From: Bythopirellula sp.
GTDB lineage: Bacteria > Planctomycetota > Planctomycetia > Pirellulales > Lacipirellulaceae
Assembly: GCA_965216565.1 (NCBI GenBank)
Contig: OZ244170.1
Coordinates: 736,001 to 800,000, forward strand
Direction of reading: 5' to 3'
Length of the DNA stretch: 64,000 nt
Positions 48,851 through 58,244 of the stretch are shown one piece after another; positions within the stretch are counted from its first letter, which is position 1, and each line of letters starts with the position of its first letter. A model generated the notes under the pieces. It did no database searches. It was not told the DNA's origin and was given only the letters and a program-made list of their open reading frames with translations. A program made the position numbers and the translations under genes.

Positions 48851-50323
48851 CTACCGACGGGCATCGAATGGGTCGCGGTACTTTTCTGGTGTGCGATGCA
48901 TTTCGGTCATGCGATCGAACGCCTCCGCGCTCATCTCGTTACTCTCGCGGAACTCTTTAGCTGCTGGTTCCTCGACAAAGTCGACGGTGCCATGGTGGGC
49001 CACGACTAACTGCCAGATTGTTTTGATCGTCGTTTTAAAGAAGCTCTTGCCATGATTGAATCGGTTCAGTCGCGATTCGTGTAACTGCTCGCGAATCTTG
49101 GTTGCCAATTCTTCTGCATTGGCAGAAGGTACGATCATGTGAATATCGTAGGGAAATGGCACGCAGATGCCGCTGAGTTCTTCGATATGTTCTCGTGGAT
49201 CACCCAGCCGTGTTGAGCCGATGAGAAACACGCCTTCGCCGAAAGAACCAATGTTGGATAGCACGTAAAAGTAGCCAGCAGTCGGTTGATGCATGGGGGC
49301 AGAGGCTTCGCTCATTTTCTGCTCGGCAATCCGCAGCTTTTCCCGCATCTCTACGATCTTAGACTCAGAAGTATTCTCTGAGTCTTTCAAAATCGCGGAC
49401 AAGGAACTGGCAATCGACGATCGCTCCGATTCTGCCTGGCGCATCTCTTGCTCAATTCGCTCAATCACGCGCTGCTCCTCGCGCATCTTGGCTTCTACCT
49501 GCAACCGCTCGTTCTTATATTTGGCTTCCATCATGAACGCCTGGTGGTCCATTTCCAGTTGATGGAGCAACTCGTTTTCGCGATGATTCTTGATTGTGCA
49601 ACCACTTTGTCGGCAGAATTCAATGACTTGTTTCAGCTGGCGACGACTGTCAGGTAAATTGCTGGTGGTGAGATCTTTAGAGATCCGAAACAGCGCTTCA
49701 TCCAACAGCCGGTTTCCGACCGCATCGATGGTTGGCAGTGTTTTTTCAGTTTCCTCCACCCGCTTTTCGACTTTTTGATGGAGCTCTTTTGCTTGTTCCA
49801 CATGCGTTGAGAGAGATTGCTGAATACGACGCTTTTCTTCAGCAACCAGGGCATCGAAGTTCTTTTTGAACCCTTGATTGATCTCCCCTGCCGCCTTGAT
49901 TTTTGAATTGCTGACGAGCAGGGCCCGTTCCGCCTTCTTTTTGTCTAGCTCGGCTCGCGCAAGATTTCGTTTTAGCAGTGCCACAAAGCCCGTGCAGGCC
50001 AAGCCGGCCAGCAGACAAACCACTCCGCCCACAAGTGTGATGGTGGCTAAGTCATTGAAGAACGCCCAAAGCGTTACCAGGCAGCTCAGGATCGCTACCG
50101 CTAGAATTGTCCAGAGAGCCCAATCGATCCAGCCAGGTTGATTTCGTTTCGAAGTCTTTACCGGCGTAGCTGTTGGTTCGTTCGGATAATCGTAGAACTG
50201 CGAACGCTCCTTGCAGGAGGGGCATGCGCAGGGGCTTGCGAAAACGCTTTCGGGCGCCTTCACCTGAGCCCCACAATTTGGGCAGTAGCGAACGACCGTC
50301 GCTTCCATTTGCTCCCCTAGCAA
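48851..50323 (-). CDS. Zn-ribbon + 2TM + coiled coil + DUF4041-like + degenerate T5orf172/GIY-YIG domain protein
   Basis: CPNC..CPSC; two TMs; GYFYVLSNIGSFGEGVFLIGSTR..VPFPYDIH..KSFF. Confidence 0.8.
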   Translation of the reverse strand: MLGEQMEATVVRYCPNCGAQVKAPESVFASPCACPSCKERSQFYDYPNEPTATPVKTSKRNQPGWIDWALWTILAVAILSCLVTLWAFFNDLATITLVGGVVCLLAGLACTGFVALLKRNLARAELDKKKAERALLVSNSKIKAAGEINQGFKKNFDALVAEEKRRIQQSLSTHVEQAKELHQKVEKRVEETEKTLPTIDAVGNRLLDEALFRISKDLTTSNLPDSRRQLKQVIEFCRQSGCTIKNHRENELLHQLEMDHQAFMMEAKYKNERLQVEAKMREEQRVIERIEQEMRQAESERSSIASSLSAILKDSENTSESKIVEMREKLRIAEQKMSEASAPMHQPTAGYFYVLSNIGSFGEGVFLIGSTRLGDPREHIEELSGICVPFPYDIHMIVPSANAEELATKIREQLHESRLNRFNHGKSFFKTTIKTIWQLVVAHHGTVDFVEEPAAKEFRESNEMSAEAFDRMTEMHRTPEKYRDPFDARR

Positions 50324-50474
50324 TCAGATAAGTTCTACAGTGCAGTGCCTGATACTCTCGATGCAGAAGCAATATCAGGGCAAAACATGGCTCGAAGCCA
50401 CAACTCACGCGTCACCCTATTGTTACATCGATATTCCTGCGTCGCAACTCGACCTGAAGGGATAGGACATAGGT

Positions 50475-50548
50475 TAGCCGGAGGCACACTTGCCTCCGGG
50501 AGTCGGCGCACCGCCCACCACGGCGGGTAGACAGCGGCGGTCCGGCTA
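50475..50548. repeat. Repeat family B, copy 3
   Basis: TAGCCGGAGGCACACTTGCCTCCG...GCGGTCCGGCTA. Confidence 0.75.
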
Positions 50549-50549
50549 G

Positions 50550-50583
50550 AAAAAAAGCCCAGGAACCGTTGTTCCTGAGCTTT
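50550..50583 (-). terminator. Terminator of the CARDB gene
   Basis: A7-GCCCAGGAAC / GTTCCTGAGC-TTT. Confidence 0.7.
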
Positions 50584-50611
50584 CGCATTCATCCTTTACT
50601 GTAGTGAGGTG

Positions 50612-51475
50612 CTAGCCATTAAATGTCTTCAGCCGTTTGTTGTTCTGCTCATTCTGTTCCGGTAAGGCATTGCTGGGGTCGACAATCGCTTCGAATTGCA
50701 TTCCGACATCCATCCGCTCGACATTAAATCGAGTGTAGATTCTTTGCCCCGTGTTGATCTGTCTGACACGGCGAACATGGCTTTCCAATCGGTTTCCTGG
50801 ACCAAAATAAGATCGAAGTCTCACCGTGACGGATCTATTGAGGGGGACGGGACCAACATTTTGCACAGCGACCCAGACCTCTTTCTTCGTGCTATCGAAA
50901 CGTATGTTAGAGATTTTCAGGTCAACGGCGCGTTCGGTCTGGTTACCGATTTGCAGCGTGCCGACATTGTTGCGCTCGTTGGGCTCGATAACCTTGTATT
51001 CCGAGTCGATCGTTGCATAGACATTCACCTCATTCAGCGTACCGGTTCGCATCAGCATGTTAACGGATTGTTGGGGCATTAGGCTTCGTACCGGTAGGGC
51101 GCGATCGAGGACGACTCGTCCCGAGTTGTAGTCGCGGACTTGCACTCGTAACTTCGTGGCTGGGGCGGCAGTGCGTCCCATGTTGACTACACGGATTCGT
51201 AGCGAATTGTGATTTTGGCGGACGGAGGTGACTGCCAGGTCGATATGGGGAATCGACTTGTTATTGCTTCGTTCCAGGGTTTCGGCAGACGTCGTCTGTT
51301 GTGAACTGACCTGCTTCGTGGAGATTTTCTTCTTGCTGCCCGCGCTCTGGCTGAGCCCTTTGCGGGTGCGGTTCAATCTTTCGAAGCGGTCGATATTCCC
51401 CGACTGGGCCTGGGCCAGATTGACCAGTGACAGTGCACTCACGAGTACCAACATTGCTTTCGAGGAAGTGTTCAT
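50612..51475 (-). CDS. Secreted protein with two CARDB-like Ig domains
   Basis: Signal peptide; DL.V..V.N.G...ID....V.E.NE.NN twice (VIEPNERNN, LPEQNEQNN). Confidence 0.8.
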   Translation of the reverse strand: MNTSSKAMLVLVSALSLVNLAQAQSGNIDRFERLNRTRKGLSQSAGSKKKISTKQVSSQQTTSAETLERSNNKSIPHIDLAVTSVRQNHNSLRIRVVNMGRTAAPATKLRVQVRDYNSGRVVLDRALPVRSLMPQQSVNMLMRTGTLNEVNVYATIDSEYKVIEPNERNNVGTLQIGNQTERAVDLKISNIRFDSTKKEVWVAVQNVGPVPLNRSVTVRLRSYFGPGNRLESHVRRVRQINTGQRIYTRFNVERMDVGMQFEAIVDPSNALPEQNEQNNKRLKTFNG

Positions 51476-51662
51476 TTCAGTTTCTCCTGGCCGCCTGGGA
51501 CGGCGATTATGGGTTGGGATGCCCAGTTGTGGGGCAATCTTGAGTGGCGGGCTTTAACGCTCGTTGGAGTATTGAGCGAAAGCCGCCGCGGAGTGTTACA
51601 GAAAAACTCAACTAGCTAAGGAGGTTCAGGGGTTCAGCCTTTGTTTTCAGCACCATCAGCCG

Positions 51663-51724
51663 TTGTCATCCCGAGGTCTGCCGAGGGATCTAGCCAGATT
51701 CCTCGGCAGACCTCGGAATGACAA
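51663..51724. repeat. Repeat family C palindrome
   Basis: TTGTCATCCCGAGGTCTGCCGAGGGATCT / AGATTCCTCGGCAGACCTCGGAATGACAA. Confidence 0.85.
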
Positions 51725-51828
51725 TCCGCTTTGCACAAGTGCATTTCATTCGAGCTCCCAGACATACTGAGTGCCCTGTGTTATGATTCGAAAGACAAAA
51801 CCTTCTCCGTAATTTTGAGAATGTTGAA

Positions 51829-52569
51829 ATGCCCTCGTACGCTGTTATCCTGCCCGCTGCTGGAAAGAGCAGTCGGTTTCGCGACAAGAATTACAAGAAG
51901 CCCTTCGCCCCCTTGGGTGGTAAGGCGGTGTGGCTGCACGGTGCGGAAAAGTTTCTCAATCGCAGCGACGTCAAACAGTTAATCGTGGCGATCAGTGACG
52001 ACGATCGCGAAGACTTTAATCGTAAGTTTGGGGCGAACCTTGCGGTGCTGGGAGTGGATGTTTGTAGCGGGGGTGCAGAGAGGTCCGATTCCATTCGCAA
52101 CGCGCTGGCAAAAGTGCAGGAGGGCATCGACATGATTGCGGTTCACGATGCCGCCCGGCCCTGCATTGCCGACAAGTGGATCGACGCCGTGTTTGCGGCG
52201 GCGGAAAAGCACGGGGCGGCAATCCTCGGCGTACCGGTAGCGGCGACGCTCAAACAAGTTGGAGCCGGAAAGCAGATCGAGCGAACGGTCGATCGCCGCG
52301 GTCTGTGGGAAGCGCAGACGCCCCAGGTCTTTCGCCGTGAACTTTTGGAGAAGGCCTACGCCACCGGCGACATCCAGTCTGCGACCGACGATGCCAGCCT
52401 CGTCGAACAGTTGGGGCAGCAGGTCGTTGTCGTCGAGGGCTCGCCACTCAACTTGAAAATCACAAGTCGCGACGATCTCAAGCTGGCCGAGCAAGTGCTG
52501 CGTGTCTTACCGAAGCCGAAGCTCGAAGGTGGGGGGAACCCGTTTGCTGGGGATGATCTTTGGCGGTAG
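51829..52569 (+). CDS. ispD: 2-C-methyl-D-erythritol 4-phosphate cytidylyltransferase
   Basis: ILPAAGKSSR, GGAERSDSI, VHDAARP, QTPQVF, TDDASLVE, NLKIT. Confidence 0.95.
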   Translation: MPSYAVILPAAGKSSRFRDKNYKKPFAPLGGKAVWLHGAEKFLNRSDVKQLIVAISDDDREDFNRKFGANLAVLGVDVCSGGAERSDSIRNALAKVQEGIDMIAVHDAARPCIADKWIDAVFAAAEKHGAAILGVPVAATLKQVGAGKQIERTVDRRGLWEAQTPQVFRRELLEKAYATGDIQSATDDASLVEQLGQQVVVVEGSPLNLKITSRDDLKLAEQVLRVLPKPKLEGGGNPFAGDDLWR

Positions 52570-52570
52570 G

Positions 52571-52721
52571 AGCGGAGAGCAGAGAGCGGAGAGCTGAGAG
52601 CTGAGAGCTGAAAGCTGACCGCTACGAGTAGGCAATTTCGGATATCGGATATCGGATTTGCTAAGTAGAATGCCCTTCCCTATTTGGTAAATCCGCAATC
52701 TGAAATCCGCATTCCAAAATC
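52571..52721. repeat. Heptamer tandem repeats (STRR-like)
   Basis: Seven AGC(T/G/A)GA(G/A/C) units at 52571-52619; ATT/ATCGG-type units at 52635-52659 inverted to AATCCGC-type units at 52689-52721. Confidence 0.85.
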
Positions 52722-52723
52722 CT

Positions 52724-54013
52724 ATGTCCCTCCTTTCCGACCTTCGCTGGCGTGGCTTGATTCACCAAACGACTGATGACGGGCTCGATGCCTGGCTGGA
52801 GGAAAAACCGCGCACTCTGTACGTCGGTTTCGACCCCACGGCCGATAGCCTGCACGTGGGGAGCCTGTTGGGATTGTTGGTGATGCGACGCTTCCAGAAA
52901 GCGGGGCATAAGCCGATTGCGGTGGTCGGCGGGGCCACGGGCATGATTGGTGATCCCAGCGGCAAGAGCGAGGAGCGCAACCAGCTCTCCAAAGAGGTGC
53001 TTGAGGAAAACGTGGCGGGGATGGCCAGCCAAATGCGGCGGTTTCTCGATTTCGACTCCGGCAGTTCCTCGGCGGAATTGGTGAATAATTTCGACTGGAC
53101 CGGCCCGTGGAGCTATCTGGAATTTCTCCGCGATGTCGGCAAGAACTTTCCCGTTAACGTCATGTTGGCCAAGGATTCAGTAAAGAGTCGCCTGGGTCGT
53201 GGGGACGACGATTCGCAAAGTGGCGGTATGAGCTACACTGAGTTCAGCTACATGCTGCTGCAAGCCTACGACTTTGTTCATCTCCACGAGCAGCATGGCT
53301 GCGAACTGCAGGCCGGTGGCAGCGACCAATGGGGAAACATCACCGCCGGGATTGATTTGGCCCGCCGCATGCAGGGGGCCCAACTCTACGGTCTTACTTG
53401 GCCGCTGTTGACCAAGAGCGACGGCACGAAGATGGGCAAAACCGAGAGCGGTGCAGTTTGGCTCTCGGCAGAGCGGACCAGCCCGTATCAGTTTTATCAG
53501 TATTGGGTTAACGTCGACGATGCTGATGTTGGAAATTTCTTGAAACAGCTCACTGAACTATCTCCAAACAGAATAATGCATTTAAGTATACGAGCGAGAA
53601 ATCATCCAGAGAAACGCGAGAGTCAAAAGCAATTGGCGGAGGAACTCACGAAGCTTGTCCACGGGGAGGAAGGTCTGATCGCCGCCATGCGTGCAACCGA
53701 CATTTTTTTTGGGGCTGAGATCAGAAATTTGAACGACGCCCAATTGTCCGAGATCTTTGCTGATGTCCCCAGCAAGGAGCTTCCTGCAACGCAACTAGCC
53801 GAAGGATTGCCGGTACTCGATGCTTTAGTGGCCGCCGGCCTATCCAAGACCAAAAGCGAAGCCCGCCGCACGGTAAAGCAGGGTGGGGCGTATGTGAACA
53901 ATCGCCGTGTGGAAGAAATCGAAACTACGCTCGGCAAAGACCACCTAGCGAGCGAAACGGTGATCGTCCTGCGGAGCGGGAAAAAGAAATACGCCCTGCT
54001 GCGGTTCGTGTGA
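52724..54013 (+). CDS. tyrS: Tyrosine--tRNA ligase
   Basis: GFDPTADSLHVGS, IGDPSGK, YMLLQAYD, GGSDQWGNI, KMGKT, S4 domain SEARR..QGG, GKK. Confidence 0.97.
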   Translation: MSLLSDLRWRGLIHQTTDDGLDAWLEEKPRTLYVGFDPTADSLHVGSLLGLLVMRRFQKAGHKPIAVVGGATGMIGDPSGKSEERNQLSKEVLEENVAGMASQMRRFLDFDSGSSSAELVNNFDWTGPWSYLEFLRDVGKNFPVNVMLAKDSVKSRLGRGDDDSQSGGMSYTEFSYMLLQAYDFVHLHEQHGCELQAGGSDQWGNITAGIDLARRMQGAQLYGLTWPLLTKSDGTKMGKTESGAVWLSAERTSPYQFYQYWVNVDDADVGNFLKQLTELSPNRIMHLSIRARNHPEKRESQKQLAEELTKLVHGEEGLIAAMRATDIFFGAEIRNLNDAQLSEIFADVPSKELPATQLAEGLPVLDALVAAGLSKTKSEARRTVKQGGAYVNNRRVEEIETTLGKDHLASETVIVLRSGKKKYALLRFV

Positions 54014-54099
54014 AGCTTAGGCCGAGCTAACAGACCGGTAGAAAACCTAGTTTATGGGAATCTCTAGGCACTGTCGTTCAACCTCAGCCAGGGCAAGAG

Positions 54100-54218
54100 T
54101 TGTCATTTCGAGGTCCGCCGAGAAATCTAGCCCGCATAAATTACTCTGTTAGAACTGAGTAGATGTCGCGGCTGACTCAGACGCGACGTAGATTCCTCGG
54201 CAGACCTCGGAATGACAA
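54100..54218. repeat. Repeat family C copy with longer spacer
   Basis: TTGTCATTTCGAGGTCCGCCGAGAAATCT ... AGATTCCTCGGCAGACCTCGGAATGACAA. Confidence 0.8.
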
Positions 54219-54249
54219 TTGAAGCTTCGCACCAATTCGCAGGCGTCTC

Positions 54250-55323
54250 TTACTCGTTACGTACTTCGCCGCCGTTGCGGGTGGCCATGGCTCGCCAGAC
54301 GAGCAGGTCGATATCGCTGGTGATGCTACCGATGGAACCATCCATCTTGGCCACATTCACCACGTCGCCGCTGTGGTAGCTTCGCGAAATGACCGCAGCA
54401 TAGGTACTAGCATCGGGATCGAAGCTGCTGTCGCCCGGCTGACGCATTCGCCAACTGGTGTAGTCGACGTCGTATTGCTGGCCGTCATGGGTATGAATGA
54501 CTGGAGTGTTGGGAGTGAAGGTCGCAGTAAAGCCGGATTGATGGATGCGACCATCAATCCATTCTGTGTGACCGGTCTCATTCTTGAAGCTTCCACCATG
54601 TGGAATTTCGGAAGTAAGGTTTGGAATTGAAGTGGGAGCATTTTGGCCATCGCGCATGTAGGGTTGCCAACCCTTCACCTCGGCAAGCATCAGTGTATTG
54701 GACATGCCATCTGTAAACGTTTTCCCGGCATTTCCCTTGTTGCCGCCAAAAGCTCCCTGAGAATCGTCAGGGTTGCGGGGGTCGTGGACGAGCCACACAC
54801 CGCCGTTCACGCCATAGTTGGTGATGTAGTCGCGTGCATTACCGGTGCCGCTGTCGATGCGCACTTCGTCGCGGGCTTCGCTGGGACAAATGAGCGTTTC
54901 GACACGGGTCGCCTTGAGCAAAGGTTCGCCGCTGGAGAGGGCCGCACTCTTGCTGCCGTAGTTCATACCGCTTTGGCCATAGAAGTGGTAGTCGACGTTA
55001 AAGTCGATGCGATCCGCCAAGTTGGAGGCCTCAACGTAGGGCAGGATGCGGGATAAAGCACTCCAGCGATACTGGGTGCTGGTGTTATCGATGAGAATCG
55101 CAGGAGGGAATCGCCGGTGGGCACCTTCGTAATTGTGCATGGCCAGGGCCAGTTGCTTCATGTTGTTGGCACAGCTCATCCGCCGTGCCGCCTCGCGAGC
55201 CGCCTGCACAGCAGGCAGCAGGAGGGCGATAAGCACCCCAATAATGGCGATAACAACCAGGAGTTCAACCAAGGTAAAAGCCTGTTTGGACTGGCTTTTC
55301 GGGGCTTGCTTTTCCGTTCTCAT
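54250..55323 (-). CDS. DUF1559 prepilin-type N-terminal cleavage/methylation protein
   Basis: [53 protein letters not shown]. Confidence 0.95.
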   Translation of the reverse strand: MRTEKQAPKSQSKQAFTLVELLVVIAIIGVLIALLLPAVQAAREAARRMSCANNMKQLALAMHNYEGAHRRFPPAILIDNTSTQYRWSALSRILPYVEASNLADRIDFNVDYHFYGQSGMNYGSKSAALSSGEPLLKATRVETLICPSEARDEVRIDSGTGNARDYITNYGVNGGVWLVHDPRNPDDSQGAFGGNKGNAGKTFTDGMSNTLMLAEVKGWQPYMRDGQNAPTSIPNLTSEIPHGGSFKNETGHTEWIDGRIHQSGFTATFTPNTPVIHTHDGQQYDVDYTSWRMRQPGDSSFDPDASTYAAVISRSYHSGDVVNVAKMDGSIGSITSDIDLLVWRAMATRNGGEVRNE

Positions 55324-55366
55324 CGCCGTTTTCCTGCAATTCCGGGTGGATTTTGGCCTCTGGAGC

Positions 55367-55387
55367 AATCGAGAATCAATCTCAATT
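55367..55387. promoter_or_regulatory. Fur-like box upstream of the DUF1559 gene
   Basis: AATCGAGAATCAATCTCAATT, close to the TGAGAATnATTCTCA palindrome, in an AT-rich patch. Confidence 0.4.
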
Positions 55388-55459
55388 AATGATTGACGCA
55401 ATTTTCTCTGTTATTAATCACCTGTCAAGGCGTGGCCTCAAATCTTCTCGTGAAAATGC

Positions 55460-55494
55460 AAAAAGCCTCGACCACGAGAATTGTGGCCGAGGCT
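55460..55494 (-). terminator. Terminator of mmsA
   Basis: AAAAAGCCTCGACCAC / GTGGCCGAGGCT. Confidence 0.7.
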
Positions 55495-55524
55495 CTTAAT
55501 CTAGGTAAGCAAGGAGGGCTGGTT

Positions 55525-57030
55525 CTATTTGGTCTTCCACACGGGATCTGCGTGCGACTGGTCCGCAGAGCGGAACCAGCGCGTGAGCGTCATTTTCTGA
55601 CGTGTGTAGAAGTGGACGCTCTCGGTGCCCTGAATATGGAGATCGCCGAAAAACGACTGATTCCACCCTGTGAACGGGAACCAGGCCATCGGAGCGGGAA
55701 CACCGACATTGATGCCGATCATACCGGCGTTGAAGTGTTGCTTGAACTGACGAGCGGCGTAGCCATCTTTGGTAAAGATCGAGGCACCGTTTCCATACGA
55801 GCAATTGCGGCCAATTTCCAGGGCCATTTCCAGATCCTTCGCTCGGACGACCGACAGCACGGGGCCGAAAATTTCCTCAGTCGCCAGTCGCATACCGGGC
55901 TCGACCTGGTCAACCACGCTCGGGCCAAGCAAGAAACCCTCGCCCTCGGCGTTTTCGCGGCCATCGAGTTGTACTTTGGCGCCTTCGCCCGAAGCAATGT
56001 CGAGGTACGAAGCCACGCGGTCCACATGCTCCTGCCGAATGAGCGGGCCCATGTCGACATCGTCATTACCATCGCTGGGTCCCACCCGGAACGAACCGGC
56101 GTAGTCGCACAGCTCGGAAACGAGCGGGTCGGCCATTTCACCCACCGCGACGGCCACACTGCCAGCCATGCAGCGTTGTCCTGCACAGCCGTACGCACTG
56201 GCGGCGAGGGCCTTCACGGATTGCTCCAAGTCGGCATCGGGCATGATAATCAGGTGATTCTTTGCCCCACCCGCAGCTTGCACGCGTTTGCCGTGCTTGG
56301 TGCCTTCCTCGTAGATGTATTTAGCGATGGACGTCGAACCAACAAACGAAACGGCGGCCACGGCAGGATGCTTGAGCAGCGTATCAACGCAGCGCTTGTC
56401 GCCATGGGCAATGTTGAACACGCCAGGGGGCAAGCCGGCTTCGATCAAGAGCTCGCCCAGCCGAACGGACGAAAGGGGTACTTTCTCGGAGGGCTTCAAG
56501 ATGAATGAGTTGCCGCATGCGATCGACACCGGGAACATCCACAGTGGAACCATAAATGGAAAATTATAAGGAGTGATTCCCACGCAGACGCCGACCGGGT
56601 GACGGTTGGTTTCAGCATCGACATCCGTGGCAATGTTCGGCAAGGTGTCGCCCATGAGCATCGTTGGGACGCTACTGGCAAATTCCACCATTTCGAGTCC
56701 GCGCTGGACTTCGGCCCGTGCCTCGGGAAGCGTCTTGCCATGTTCGGTCGTTACCAGTCTTGCCAAATCGTCAAAGTTTTGCTCGATCAGATCGCGAAAC
56801 TTAAACATCACCCGGGCACGTTCAACAGCGGGAGTCGCCGACCAGTCCGGCAAAGCGGCCTCTGCTGCTTCGATGATGCTGACGACTTCGTCTTCATCGC
56901 AGAGCGGTACCTGACCGATGACTTTGCCGGTGGAGGGATTGAAGACCTCCGTAGTTTCTTTGGTCGGACTGGTTTTCCAAGTTCCGCCTACGAGCGTAGG
57001 CACAGGGTTGGTTGCTGTTGTTGTAGCCAT
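55525..57030 (-). CDS. mmsA: CoA-acylating (methyl)malonate-semialdehyde dehydrogenase
   Basis: ITPYNFPFMVPLWMFP, LKPSEKVP, SFVGST, GGAKNH, GCAGQRCMA, GINVGVPAP. Confidence 0.93.
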   Translation of the reverse strand: MATTTATNPVPTLVGGTWKTSPTKETTEVFNPSTGKVIGQVPLCDEDEVVSIIEAAEAALPDWSATPAVERARVMFKFRDLIEQNFDDLARLVTTEHGKTLPEARAEVQRGLEMVEFASSVPTMLMGDTLPNIATDVDAETNRHPVGVCVGITPYNFPFMVPLWMFPVSIACGNSFILKPSEKVPLSSVRLGELLIEAGLPPGVFNIAHGDKRCVDTLLKHPAVAAVSFVGSTSIAKYIYEEGTKHGKRVQAAGGAKNHLIIMPDADLEQSVKALAASAYGCAGQRCMAGSVAVAVGEMADPLVSELCDYAGSFRVGPSDGNDDVDMGPLIRQEHVDRVASYLDIASGEGAKVQLDGRENAEGEGFLLGPSVVDQVEPGMRLATEEIFGPVLSVVRAKDLEMALEIGRNCSYGNGASIFTKDGYAARQFKQHFNAGMIGINVGVPAPMAWFPFTGWNQSFFGDLHIQGTESVHFYTRQKMTLTRWFRSADQSHADPVWKTK

Positions 57031-57187
57031 GGCATGGTTCCACTAAGGAAAAGGTCACTTCTGAGTGCTTGTCCTAGGACGATCAAGGAGCATTGTCAAA
57101 AGCACGACTGCTTATGTCATTTTCCAGGGATCGTACCAACAAAGCACTAGGTAGTTGCCACTACACTGGTAGTAGCGAGCAAGGTAT

Positions 57188-57202
57188 CTGTTATCATAAC
57201 AG
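57188..57202. promoter_or_regulatory. 7-1-7 palindrome in the divergent mmsA / ureidopropionase promoter region
   Basis: CTGTTAT-C-ATAACAG. Confidence 0.4.
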
Positions 57203-57255
57203 GCTCGTCGTGGTCGTCGACCAGGGGTAATCTTTCGATTCTGAGGAATCCTATT

Positions 57256-58125
57256 ATGTCTCGACTCGTTCGTGGCGCGCTTGTTCAGGCAACTCTTTCT
57301 GAGCCCACCACCTCGCCAGTGGAAAAAATCAAACAGTCAATGATCGACAAGCATGTGCACATGCTGCAGGAAGCTGCTGATAACGGTGCCCAAGTGGCAT
57401 GTTTTCAGGAATTGTTTTACGGCCCCTACTTTTGTGCTGAGCAGGATGCCAAGTGGTACGACCTAACCGAACCAGTTCCCGATGGTCCGACGATCAAACT
57501 CTTCCAGGAGCTAGCCAAAAAGCACGAGATGGTGCTGGTGCTCTCGGTGTACGAAGAGGACTTAGCCGGTGTGTACTACAACACCGCAGCCGTGGTGGAT
57601 GCCGATGGCAGCTATCTAGGTAAATTCCGCAAAATGCACATCCCCCAATGTGCCCCCGGTTTTTGGGAGAAGTTTTACTTCCGTCCCGGCAACCTCGGCT
57701 ATCCGGTATTCGACACCCGCGTTGGCAAAGTGGGCGTTTACATTTGTTACGATCGCCACTTCCCCGAGGGAGCTCGCTGCCTGGGACTCAACGGCGCGGA
57801 GATTATTTTCAATCCGTCCGCAACCGTCGCGGGACTCAGCGAGTATCTGTGGAAGATCGAGCAGCCCGCGCACGCCGTGGCCAACCAATACTTTGTCGGA
57901 GCCATCAATCGACCCGGCTTTGAAGAGCCCTGGCGCATCGGCGAGTTCTATGGTCAAAGTTACTTCTGCGATCCGCGTGGCCAGTTCATCGCCGAGGCCT
58001 CGCGCGACAAAGACGAAATAATCTATGCCGACATGGACTTCGACATGATCCGCGAAGTGCGCAACACCTGGCAGTTTTTCCGCGATCGACGACCGGAAAG
58101 CTACAGCGAAATGGTGGAGCTGTGA
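57256..58125 (+). CDS. Beta-ureidopropionase, nitrilase superfamily
   Basis: FQELFYGPYFC, RKMHIP, FWEKFYFRPGNLG, ICYDRHFPEG (E-K-C triad); pyrimidine catabolism context. Confidence 0.88.
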   Translation: MSRLVRGALVQATLSEPTTSPVEKIKQSMIDKHVHMLQEAADNGAQVACFQELFYGPYFCAEQDAKWYDLTEPVPDGPTIKLFQELAKKHEMVLVLSVYEEDLAGVYYNTAAVVDADGSYLGKFRKMHIPQCAPGFWEKFYFRPGNLGYPVFDTRVGKVGVYICYDRHFPEGARCLGLNGAEIIFNPSATVAGLSEYLWKIEQPAHAVANQYFVGAINRPGFEEPWRIGEFYGQSYFCDPRGQFIAEASRDKDEIIYADMDFDMIREVRNTWQFFRDRRPESYSEMVEL

Positions 58126-58137
58126 TTGAAGTAGGAA

Positions 58138-58200
58138 TTGCAAATTGACCATTGGCCAATGCAAATTTCAAATTTGCAATTGAATATGGCCAATTTGCAA
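58138..58200. repeat. Inverted heptamer-repeat hairpin (GCAAATT / AATTTGC)
   Basis: 31-nt arms pairing at 25/31 positions. Confidence 0.7.
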
Positions 58201-58244
58201 TCGCATGAATGCCGACTAATCTGGTCCGTTACAAAGTTTTCTGA

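Noticed and set aside
52570..52723. T-box or attenuator upstream of tyrS
   Set aside because: No T-box sequence or specifier loop; the region is heptamer repeats
55393..56508. 371-aa ORF on the + strand
   Set aside because: Antisense shadow of mmsA; no recognisable motifs, and such shadows are common opposite GC-rich dehydrogenase genes
58145..58159. RutR-like box TTGACCA-T-TGGCCAA upstream of the nucleobase permease
   Set aside because: The spacer is 1 nt shorter than TTGACCAnnTGGTCAA and the match is explained by the surrounding heptamer repeat
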